From: Lentisphaeria bacterium
GTDB lineage: Bacteria; Verrucomicrobiota; Lentisphaeria; Oligosphaerales; JBFJXC01
Assembly (NCBI GenBank): GCA_041623325.1
Contig: JBFJXC010000001.1
Span: 1,456 to 65,455 of the forward strand
DNA length: 64,000 nt
Direction of reading: 5' to 3'
Below are positions 10,142-18,139 of this stretch, in pieces (position 1 is the stretch's first letter; each line of letters begins with the position of its first letter). The translations under genes and the position numbers were made by a program. Below the pieces are notes generated by a model. It saw only the letters and a program-made list of their open reading frames with translations. It was not told the origin of the DNA and made no database searches.

Positions 10142-11224
10142 ATGAACCTGAGCAGAATTGTCATCGGCGCCATGCGCTTCCCCAACCGCCAAGCGGCGGT
10201 CGAGACCATCCATGCGGCCATCGATGCCGGTTTCAACTATATCGACACCTCGCCGTGCTACTGCCGTAAGGACGAGCAGGAGAACTCTGAGGCGTGGGTG
10301 GGCGCGGCCCTGAATCAGGCCGACTACCGGGAGCGGGTGATGGTCTCGACCAAGTGTACCCCGGGCAACGGGGGGCTGGGGTTGGGCGACTTCATGCCGG
10401 AAGGCGGTTTCGGGGTGCGCTCGGCCGCCCAGTTGGAGCAGGTTTTCGCCCAGTCTCTGGGGCGTATGAATCTGCCGTCGGTCGACTATTATCACCTCTG
10501 GACCACCCATACCCGCGAACAGTTCGCCGAGGCCATGAAGCCGGGGGGCTGGTACGAGGGGGTGAAGGGGCTCAAAGGCAAGTGGCAGCACCTGGGAGTG
10601 ACCACTCATGCGGACACCCAGACCATTGTCGAGTTTTTGGAATCCGGTCTTTTCGAGACCGTGACCATCCCGCTGAACATCGTCAACACCACCCGGCTTG
10701 GGGTGGTCGACTATTGCGTTGAGAACGGCATCCGGGTCATCGCCATGAACCCGCTGGCCGGCGGGTTCCTGGCCAAGAACGAGGAGTTGAAGGAACTGGC
10801 CCTGCGCTATTTGCTGTCGCTGCCCAACGTGCATGTGCTGATCGGTTTCAGCAGCGCGGAGGAGGTGGCCTACGCCAAGTGGGTGCTGGACACCCTGCCG
10901 GACTGGAAACTCACGGCCGACCAGATGCTGGCCCGGGTCAACGAGATGCTCGATGCCGATCAGCCGCGCTGCACGGCCTGCGGCTACTGCCAGCCCTGTC
11001 CGCATTTCATCAATGTGGGCGCCTGTCTTTCCTACTACAATCTCTACAAGTACATGGGTATGGAGGAGGCCAAAGCCGAGTTCAACGCCAAGCAGTGGGA
11101 GGACGGCCTGCGCCTGGACAAGTGCACCGGCTGCGGTCTCTGCAGCAGCCGCTGCCCCAACCAGCTGCCGCTGGGAGAAATCATCAGGGCCGCCCAGGTT
11201 CTTCTGTACGATTCGAAATCCTGA
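10142..11224 (+). CDS. Aldo/keto reductase fused to a 2x[4Fe-4S] ferredoxin-type C-terminus
   Basis: Start at ATG 10142 with AAGGAGA SD. AKR N-terminus (IVIGAMRFPN...AIDAGFNYIDTSPCY) and two Cys clusters (CTACGYCQPCP and CTGCGLCSSRCP). Confidence 0.88.
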   Translation: MNLSRIVIGAMRFPNRQAAVETIHAAIDAGFNYIDTSPCYCRKDEQENSEAWVGAALNQADYRERVMVSTKCTPGNGGLGLGDFMPEGGFGVRSAAQLEQVFAQSLGRMNLPSVDYYHLWTTHTREQFAEAMKPGGWYEGVKGLKGKWQHLGVTTHADTQTIVEFLESGLFETVTIPLNIVNTTRLGVVDYCVENGIRVIAMNPLAGGFLAKNEELKELALRYLLSLPNVHVLIGFSSAEEVAYAKWVLDTLPDWKLTADQMLARVNEMLDADQPRCTACGYCQPCPHFINVGACLSYYNLYKYMGMEEAKAEFNAKQWEDGLRLDKCTGCGLCSSRCPNQLPLGEIIRAAQVLLYDSKS

Positions 11225-11291
11225 ACAGGGCCGGGGATTCAGGCTTCAAGCTGCTGAGCCGAGCGGATTGCGCAGGAGTTTCCGGAAGGCA

Positions 11292-11380
11292 AAACGCCAT
11301 TGGTTTGCCCTTGCAGGCTCCGGCCTCCTGCCTTCGGTGGTCAGGAGTTCAGGCGCTCCGTGTCGTACCTGAACACTCAA
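11292..11380 (+). repeat. Intergenic repeat element, copy B (related to 7548-7666)
   Basis: AAACGCCATTGGTTT, core GCAGGCTCCGGCCTCCTGCCTTCGGTGGTCAGGAGTTCAGG, then GTTCAGG...CCTGAAC inverted repeat and CCTGAACACT. Same orientation as copy A. Confidence 0.8.
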
Positions 11381-11387
11381 TATGCCG

Positions 11388-11421
11388 AAAAAAAAGCCCA
11401 GGTGAGTTCACCTGGGCTTTT
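11388..11421. terminator. Bidirectional Rho-independent terminator between convergent genes
   Basis: A-run, perfect 10-bp stem GCCCAGGTGA-gt-TCACCTGGGC (11396-11417), then a T-run. It lies between the + strand AKR gene and the - strand gene ending at 11443. Confidence 0.8.
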
Positions 11422-11442
11422 GGACCTTAGAACGCAAATGCT

Positions 11443-12003
11443 CTAATCGACGAATTCGAGGGTGAAATCGTCGAAGTCCATGGTTCCGGCCATAACGTTG
11501 AACAGTACCGGCATGACTTCGAATTTTTGAGCCCCCTCAGGGACTTCGAATTCAAGCACTTTGTCTTCCCACTCGGCATGGGTTCCGGCCATGCGGGGAA
11601 CGCCTTTGACCCCCCCCGTCTTCTTGCCGTCCGCGTCCCTGAATTGCATGAACAGCGTGCCCACGAACCAGGCCTTCTCACCCTGTTCAACGCCGTTGCA
11701 GCGCATCTTGAAGCCCATCTTCATCTTTTTGCCAGCGTCTTGGGGTTTGAGCATGAACATGCGATAGGTCAGCACCATTTTGCCCGGCTCGATGCAAGCC
11801 AGACGCAGGTATTTGTTCCCGTCTTCTGTTTCCCAACTGCTGCCCTTGGCCTTGTTGATGCCCCAATGCGCAGGGGTGCCGGGTTTCTTGGAATCTTCCG
11901 TTTCAAAGTCTCCATTTTTGAACAGGTTGCCACCGGCATACACCCCACTGGTCAGCACGGACCCCATCACGAGGACGCAAAGTCTCATCACGGTTGTCGA
12001 CAT
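11443..12003 (-). CDS. Secreted stand-alone carbohydrate-binding-module-like protein (CBM4_9-like jelly roll)
   Basis: Signal peptide, then NLFKNGDFETED...PAHWGI...YLRL...EVMPVLFNVMAGTMDFDDFTLEFVD. It aligns along its whole length to residues ~25-185 of the neighbouring GH5 protein. Confidence 0.7.
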   Translation of the reverse strand: MSTTVMRLCVLVMGSVLTSGVYAGGNLFKNGDFETEDSKKPGTPAHWGINKAKGSSWETEDGNKYLRLACIEPGKMVLTYRMFMLKPQDAGKKMKMGFKMRCNGVEQGEKAWFVGTLFMQFRDADGKKTGGVKGVPRMAGTHAEWEDKVLEFEVPEGAQKFEVMPVLFNVMAGTMDFDDFTLEFVD

Positions 12004-12200
12004 CTCATGTCTCCTTCTTCTGGTTTTGTTAACGCGGGATCACACCGTTGCGACCCCATCAAAACGTGCGTCGGATTCTCGCCGCCAGGCGAGGCTTGCC
12101 CCACAGGCCAATGGACGTGCCAGATTGCTGCTGGGACGGAGTTGAATCCTGATCGGCGATGCCTCCTGGAATGGCTGGTCATGTAACCATGACCCTGGTT

Positions 12201-13808
12201 TTAGCGCATCTTCTTCATTTCAAACGGCGTGCCGTGAAGGGCCTGCTTGACGAATTTGCCCCAGAAGTCGGTGGGGGTGTAATTCCAGTCAGCCAGCACC
12301 CTCGGAGTGGCGCCGATATGGAAACTCCAGGCCGTCCAGTTGAGCTTGTACTTCTGGATGCAGCCAATCATGTCCGGTGCCCAGGTGTAGGGGTTTTCCG
12401 GATTGGTTTCCCAGGGCATCCGCTTGGTGTCGCAACCGTTTTCTCCAAGCAGGATGGGATGCTTTGCGGCGACATCCAGGAACTTGCCTTGCCAGTCGGA
12501 TTTCCAAGGATAGACGTGGGTGTCATACATCACACCATTGCCATGGGGGTCCGTAATGTCGTATCCCTTAAGGATGCCGGACAAATCGTACGCCCAGTCC
12601 AAAGCGCCGATCACACAGATGTTTTTGGCTCCGGTTTGGCGCACGGCATCCAGGCAGGCCTGCATGCCTGGAGATTGGAAGGTTTCGTAGGTGATGCTGT
12701 TTTCGGCCGCGACCCCCGCCTTGGCCTTGGTTTTCTGCTTGATCTGTCCGCCGTATTTCCATTGGTCCCAGGTAATGCTGTGAGGCTCGTTGAGAAGTCC
12801 GAACAGTACCGCCGGGTGGTTCTTGTAGCGGGTGGCCGCATCGATCCAGAATTTCACGTGCAATGGCTGGATGGCCTTGTACTCGTGCAGGTCCAGAATC
12901 AGATAGGCTCCGCGCGAGGCGGTGGACTCGACGAGCTTGTCCACCAGTTCCCGGTACTGCTTGCCGCCATCATCCTCCCAGCCGCTGGTGCCGAACCAGA
13001 ATTTGGTGTGCACCGGCAGGCGAATGCAGTTGGCATTCCATTCCTGTATGGCGATCACGACGGAGTTGTGGATGTAGTCGCCAGTGCGCGACCACTCTAG
13101 GCTGGGGATGCTCACACCCTGAAGCCAGTGCTCCTGTTCGGCGGTGTCCACAAGCTTGTTTCCTCTTACTTTGAGCATGGGCGGATGGGGCTTGCCTCCA
13201 TCGACCGGAAACGTGGCGGTTTGAGCCCGTGTCTTGGGCTTCTCGACAAGCCTGTCGATCCAGACCAATTCCAGGTCGTCAAAGTCCACGCTCCCCGCCT
13301 GGGCTTGAAACAGCACCGGCATGATTTCCAAGCGGGCCGCCCCTTCGGGAACCTTCATCTGGATTTTCTTTTCGGCCCACTCCTTCAGGGTTCCTTTGAC
13401 ATAGGGCGCGCTGGGACTTTTTAGTTTATTGCCTTTGGCATCCTTGAAGTTTACAAAGATCCGTCCGTCATGCCAGGGACGGTCACCGGGGACCAATCCA
13501 TTGCACCGAATCTTCAGGCTCAATTGCAGCGCCTTGCCGGCCTCGTCGGGTTTTAGATGAATTTCGCGATAGACCAGGTTCATCTTGCCCGGTGTGGTGA
13601 CCTTGAGATGTAGGAAGTGGTTGCCGTTCTCCTCCTGGAGCCAGTGTTGGCCCATGGCCTCTTTGATCCCCCAGTGGTCTGGCTGCCCTGGGGAGCGGGT
13701 GCTGGCCTCGAAGTCGCCGTTGGCAATCAGGTTCTCGGCGGCATGCATCCGCCAACCCGCAAGGGCCAGACAGGCCAGCATCAATAGGTTGGTCAGGCAA
13801 TTTCTCAT
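12201..13808 (-). CDS. Glycoside hydrolase family 5 (cellulase/mannanase-type) with N-terminal CBM-like module
   Basis: Signal peptide, CBM-like module (NLIANGDFEAS...DFDDLELVWID), then a TIM-barrel region with the acid/base motif LLNEPH and a candidate nucleophile context ILLGENG. Confidence 0.8.
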   Translation of the reverse strand: MRNCLTNLLMLACLALAGWRMHAAENLIANGDFEASTRSPGQPDHWGIKEAMGQHWLQEENGNHFLHLKVTTPGKMNLVYREIHLKPDEAGKALQLSLKIRCNGLVPGDRPWHDGRIFVNFKDAKGNKLKSPSAPYVKGTLKEWAEKKIQMKVPEGAARLEIMPVLFQAQAGSVDFDDLELVWIDRLVEKPKTRAQTATFPVDGGKPHPPMLKVRGNKLVDTAEQEHWLQGVSIPSLEWSRTGDYIHNSVVIAIQEWNANCIRLPVHTKFWFGTSGWEDDGGKQYRELVDKLVESTASRGAYLILDLHEYKAIQPLHVKFWIDAATRYKNHPAVLFGLLNEPHSITWDQWKYGGQIKQKTKAKAGVAAENSITYETFQSPGMQACLDAVRQTGAKNICVIGALDWAYDLSGILKGYDITDPHGNGVMYDTHVYPWKSDWQGKFLDVAAKHPILLGENGCDTKRMPWETNPENPYTWAPDMIGCIQKYKLNWTAWSFHIGATPRVLADWNYTPTDFWGKFVKQALHGTPFEMKKMR

Positions 13809-13907
13809 CGCGTTCTCCTATCGTGAACTAGTCGGGACGTTGGCTGGATGGAGCCGTGAGGGCGGTTCATCCCGGGGTGTGGCCAGGCGGACAGCCCCAT
13901 TTTTTCT

Positions 13908-15089
13908 TTACTCGAAAAGAGCGGCGCCCGTGCCATCGGCAAGTACCAGCCCACACTCCCTTAGCTCAGCAGAGAGTTTGGCATCGATTCGCCCGGCTCC
14001 TCCGCAAGAATGGCGGACCACCAGCCGGTGAGGAGAGGACTCGGTAGACTGTGCAGAGCCTCCACGTCCAAGCTCCACGGCGTGGCGGAGCAGTGCCTGA
14101 CTGATATAGTCGAAATCTTGGGCCAGGCTGGATAAGGGAGGATCACAATAGGGGGCGGCCTCGATATTGTTGACTCCAACAATGGCGTAGTCCGTCGGCG
14201 CTTTGATTCCGAGTTTGTGCATGGCCGTCATCAGTCGAATGGCATGGGTGTCGTCGTAGGAGATGATGGCCAAGTCACCGCGGAAACCAGCCCAGCGCGT
14301 AGCCAACGCATCGGTTTCAGCTGCGGTAGGGCCGACCAGGCCGCAGAGCTGTTCTCTCCCTAGGCCGCTCATGGCGCAGGAATAGGCCCCCAATTGTGCC
14401 TGGAGAATCGGGTCGCCAGGTTCGTTGGGTCCCAACAGGGCGATGCGCTTATGGCCCAGGAGCTCAAAGTAGTGGCACAAGGCTGCGGTGTATTGCAACG
14501 TGCTGCATCCAAAACAATCTGGACTTTCGAAGCAATACCGTTCCAAGCCTGGCACCAGCAGGGGCAGGCTGACGGGCAACGGGCATCGGTTCACGAAGGG
14601 GCCAAGTCCAGGGCCTATGGCATGCGGGAACCATGGCAGGACCAAGGCGGTACAACCGTCCCCGGCCAGATTTTCCACTTCTTGCAGCGTGCGCTCACCA
14701 AAATCGTGGAACCAGGCCGTGCTCAATTGCACCTCGGTCTCACCCGCAATCCGGACCAAGGCCTGCATTACCTGTTGGCCGTAGGCATTGGCGCCGGTGA
14801 AGGCCAGAAGACCGATCTGTTTGGCAGCAGGCCCGGGCGAATTGCTGCCTCTCTTAGCCTCACAATCCAGCACAAACGTTCCGCTGCCGAGACGGCGCTC
14901 GATGCGGCCCTCCTCGACCAGGCTGGACAATCCTCGGCGCACCGTCAGAACGTTGCACTCATATTGTTGAGCCAACGCCCGTTCGGACGGCAAGCGCGCC
15001 CCGGCGCACATCTGCCCCACTTGGGCGCGCAACTCGTTGGCAATGTGTTGATATTTTAACGGATGCGGCTGAAGTTTTTCCACTATCAT
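13908..15089 (-). CDS. Transcriptional regulator, GntR-type wHTH fused to a LacI/PBP1-type sugar-binding domain
   Basis: N-terminus (YQHIANELRAQV...LPSERALAQQYECNVLTVRRGLSSLVEEGRIERRLGSGTFV) is a GntR HTH; the remainder resembles a periplasmic-binding-protein fold. Start set at ATG 15089 (GGAG upstream); ATG 15134 is also possible. Confidence 0.8.
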   Translation of the reverse strand: MIVEKLQPHPLKYQHIANELRAQVGQMCAGARLPSERALAQQYECNVLTVRRGLSSLVEEGRIERRLGSGTFVLDCEAKRGSNSPGPAAKQIGLLAFTGANAYGQQVMQALVRIAGETEVQLSTAWFHDFGERTLQEVENLAGDGCTALVLPWFPHAIGPGLGPFVNRCPLPVSLPLLVPGLERYCFESPDCFGCSTLQYTAALCHYFELLGHKRIALLGPNEPGDPILQAQLGAYSCAMSGLGREQLCGLVGPTAAETDALATRWAGFRGDLAIISYDDTHAIRLMTAMHKLGIKAPTDYAIVGVNNIEAAPYCDPPLSSLAQDFDYISQALLRHAVELGRGGSAQSTESSPHRLVVRHSCGGAGRIDAKLSAELRECGLVLADGTGAALFE

Positions 15090-15285
15090 CGATCTCCATG
15101 CACTCAAACCTGGGCAATTATACAGCATTAGCATGGCGGCTGCAAATGCGTTATCGCAATTTCGCCTGGCTTCTGCGTGGTCACGGTTGAACGTGTAGCG
15201 GCAAATAGGCGAGGGAAACCAAGTCAGGCGATCGAGTCTGAGTGATGATCGCCGGCCAGATTGAATTTAGGTTGAACAATCAGCT

Positions 15286-16248
15286 TCAACCGTGGTTGCG
15301 CAGTTGCAATTCGAGAGGGTGGGGATGCAGGTAGAATTGCCCTGCCAGGTATTCTTGACCATATTGGCGGACGTAGTGATTCAACAGGGTAACCGGCACG
15401 ATCAGGGGCAGACTGCCTTCGGCGAATTGGGCGATGATCTCCGTCAACTCCTGCTTTTCGTCGGGATTGAGCTGTTTCTTGAAAAAACCCTGAATGTGCT
15501 GCAGCACATTCATGTGCTTGCGCCTGGTGGCCTTCAGGCGCAGGGCCGTCAGCAGCAACTCCCTGTAGCGATTGAAAAGGTCGTCCACGGCCAGGTTGTG
15601 GCCATTAGCCACCAATTGTCCCATCTGGCGATAGTGAAGTTGGCTATGGGAGAGGATCAGCATTTTGTGAGTGGTGTGGAAGTGAACCAGGTGGCTTGGG
15701 GTTTTTCCCGTTTCGATCATGTCCCGCCAACGCTTCAAGGCAAAAATGCTCTCGATGAAGTTCTCCCGGATGGGCAGATCGTGCAAGCGGCCTTCCTCCT
15801 CCACCGGAAGCAAGGGAAAGCGCTCCTTGAAAGCAGCGGCAAACAGGCCCACTCCAGTCTTGACCGCCTGGCCTTTGTGATTGTACACTTTCACCCGCTC
15901 CATGCCGCAGCTGGGAGACTTGCTTTTGAAGACGAAGCCGCATAGCCCCTCTTTCTCAAGCTCCACGATCCGCCGACAGGCCCAGCCGCGCAATAGATCA
16001 CTGTGATCCTGCCCGCTGTGGATCGTGACCAATCGGGGGCAGGCGGGGTCGCCGGTCAGATGCATCGACTCCCGGGGAACGCCCAGTCCAACCGCCACCT
16101 CGGGACAGACTGGCACGTAGTCGACATATCGACCCAGGGTGTCCCGCAGGAACGGATCCAGTTTGGCTTGTCCGTCGTAGCGGACTTTCCGGCCTAGGAG
16201 ACAGGCGCTGATGCCGAGTTTGATTTTATCCATGGTGTGAAGAAGCAT
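15286..16248 (-). CDS. DUF523 (TudS-like) / DUF1722 (YbgA-like) fusion protein
   Basis: KLGISACLLGRKVRYDGQ...VPVCPE N-terminal DUF523 pattern and a C-terminal helical DUF1722-like half. Alternative start at ATG 16233. Confidence 0.8.
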   Translation of the reverse strand: MLLHTMDKIKLGISACLLGRKVRYDGQAKLDPFLRDTLGRYVDYVPVCPEVAVGLGVPRESMHLTGDPACPRLVTIHSGQDHSDLLRGWACRRIVELEKEGLCGFVFKSKSPSCGMERVKVYNHKGQAVKTGVGLFAAAFKERFPLLPVEEEGRLHDLPIRENFIESIFALKRWRDMIETGKTPSHLVHFHTTHKMLILSHSQLHYRQMGQLVANGHNLAVDDLFNRYRELLLTALRLKATRRKHMNVLQHIQGFFKKQLNPDEKQELTEIIAQFAEGSLPLIVPVTLLNHYVRQYGQEYLAGQFYLHPHPLELQLRNHG

Positions 16249-16267
16249 GCGTTCATGAGGGCCGGCT

Positions 16268-16900
16268 TCACGGAGGGAAACCCACCGGCTGGGTCAGCAC
16301 GACCGTCTGCTTGTCGCTCAACTTCAAGGCCTGGTGAAGCTGCTCCCGTTCCACGTACCCCAGGACCACGGTGTTCAAGCCTGTCGCCGCGCAGTACAGA
16401 TAGACATTCTGGCTGATGAAGCCGGTGTCGGTTGCCGAATAGAAGGTGCGCTGCTCGTCCCGCCCCCGCAATCGGTCAAGGTTTGCCACGTAGACCAAAT
16501 TGACCGGCGCAATCTGCGTGAACGACTGCCGCCCGGTTGCCTTCCGGATATCGTTGGCCAGGTAGGCTTTGAGTGCGTGGCGTCGGGCATCGTAGAGGAA
16601 GACGCCATTGGGCAGGCAGACATAGATGTCGATGGCCTGGGTATTGTTGCTGGAGGGGGCGGTGCGTTTGCCATCGGGGCGATTGACCCCGAAGGCGGCC
16701 CAAAGCAGGTCGGAGAGGATTTGAGTCGGCAGCTCGCGCGGACTGAAAAGCCGGGAGCTTTGCCGCTTTGCCAAGGCCTGCATCAACGGCATGCCCCCCT
16801 CCCTATTCGGTGCTGGCAGCTCCATGTCCTGGGCGTTGAGGCACACCGTGAGGAGCAAACTGCCCATTCCGGTCAGCAGGTGTTTCCGTACGTTTCGCAT
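16268..16900 (-). CDS. Nitroreductase-family (SagB-type) protein with signal peptide
   Basis: Start set at ATG 16900 (MRNVRKHLLTGMGSLLLTVCLNAQ). Nitroreductase-like core (LSDLLWAAFGVNR...IDIYV...FISQNVYLYCAATGL). Ends 19 nt upstream of the next gene. Confidence 0.7.
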   Translation of the reverse strand: MRNVRKHLLTGMGSLLLTVCLNAQDMELPAPNREGGMPLMQALAKRQSSRLFSPRELPTQILSDLLWAAFGVNRPDGKRTAPSSNNTQAIDIYVCLPNGVFLYDARRHALKAYLANDIRKATGRQSFTQIAPVNLVYVANLDRLRGRDEQRTFYSATDTGFISQNVYLYCAATGLNTVVLGYVEREQLHQALKLSDKQTVVLTQPVGFPP

Positions 16901-16995
16901 TGAAGGTCTCCTTTCGTGGGCTGGAATACCGTTACTATACGGCGGTCCCCGGTTAGGTGCGAGGATGTCGCGGTCAGACATCGGGACCCAGGAGG

Positions 16996-17865
16996 CTATC
17001 GTTGGCTTGTCTCCGGGGCTTGGGCCTGGAGGATGCGGTCGCGATTGCAGTAGTCGCGATGGATCCGGACCTGGCGGTAATCGAAGCGCCTGAAGAGGTC
17101 CAGAACTTCGCTTCCCTGGTCGCTGCCGATTTCACAGAAGATCCAGGCGTCCTGTCGCAGGCGTTTGCGGCTGAGGTCGGCGATGCGTTCGAGTACGGCC
17201 AGGCCGCGGTTGGCAGCAGCCAAAGCCAGCTCGGGCTCGTGATCCCTGACTTGTGTATCCAGTTCCGCATACGCGACCGGGTCGATGTAAGGCGGATTGG
17301 CCGTGATCAGGGAGAAGCGAAGCGACGGGGGCAGGGGGGCGAAAAGGTCGCCTTCGTAGAGCGCGACCTTGATCAGGCCAAGCTGATCGCGGTTCCGGCG
17401 GGCGTAGGCCAGGGCCGCCGGTGAAATGTCGACCGCCGCGATGTCCACCGCCCCCTTCAACTGGCTGGCCAGAGCCAGGGCAATGGCACCCGAACCGGTG
17501 CAGAGGTCGCAAATTGCGCCGCTGCCGGGATAGTGATCCAGGGCCAACTCGACCAGACGTTCGGTTTCAGGCCGCGGAATCAGCACCCCGGGGCCAACGG
17601 CCAATTCCAGCCCGAAAAACTCGGTGTCCCCCAGAATGTACTGCAGCGGCTCGCCGCCGAGGCGGCGCTCAAGTAGCGGCTGCAGACGAGCGACGGCGTC
17701 CGGATCCACTCGCTTGTCAGGATCTGTGTAGATGGCGGTCCGGGAGAAGTCGGCCACCCGCCGTAGCAGCCATTCGGCCTCCTGACGGGCGTTGCCGATG
17801 CCGCCGTCGTGAAGGGCGGCGACGGTCGCTCGGAGCAATTGGGAGATGGTCGAAGATGAAGGCAA
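16996..17865 (-). CDS. prmC: Peptide chain release factor N5-glutamine methyltransferase
   Basis: EPLQYILGDTEFFGLELAVGPGVLIPRPETE, SAM motif DLCTGSGAIAL, catalytic ITANPPYI. Confidence 0.9.
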   Translation of the reverse strand: MPSSSTISQLLRATVAALHDGGIGNARQEAEWLLRRVADFSRTAIYTDPDKRVDPDAVARLQPLLERRLGGEPLQYILGDTEFFGLELAVGPGVLIPRPETERLVELALDHYPGSGAICDLCTGSGAIALALASQLKGAVDIAAVDISPAALAYARRNRDQLGLIKVALYEGDLFAPLPPSLRFSLITANPPYIDPVAYAELDTQVRDHEPELALAAANRGLAVLERIADLSRKRLRQDAWIFCEIGSDQGSEVLDLFRRFDYRQVRIHRDYCNRDRILQAQAPETSQR

Positions 17866-18061
17866 GGTGGTCCAGTGGTTCGGGTTTCAGGTGAGCGCCC
17901 GGCCCTGACAGGCGAAGCTGGTCTGGGGTCAATTTACCGTCTGGAAGCGGATTGTCGAAAGCTTGTGGCCAAACCTCCCCCCGCACCCACGAATTGGGTG
18001 GGGAGCTGAAGCCCCCAAAGTCTGCCTAATCCCCCAAGAGGCGGATTGCGCGGCTATGGCA

Positions 18062-18111
18062 AGAAAAATGGCTGCCGAGTCCATCCCGACATTGGGACAA
18101 CCTCGGCAGCC
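18062..18111 (-). terminator. Rho-independent terminator after the FAD-oxidoreductase gene
   Basis: On the minus strand: 10-bp perfect stem GGCTGCCGAG...CTCGGCAGCC (18070-18079 / 18102-18111) followed by ATTTTTCTT. About 30 nt downstream of the stop at 18140. Confidence 0.7.
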
Positions 18112-18139
18112 GACGAAGGACGGACTTGGTCGGGGGGTG

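Noticed and set aside
9569-11005. 478-aa minus-strand ORF overlapping the radical-SAM and aldo-keto reductase genes.
   Set aside because: It is a shadow of two well-supported plus-strand genes, with Arg/Gly/Pro-rich translation and no motifs.
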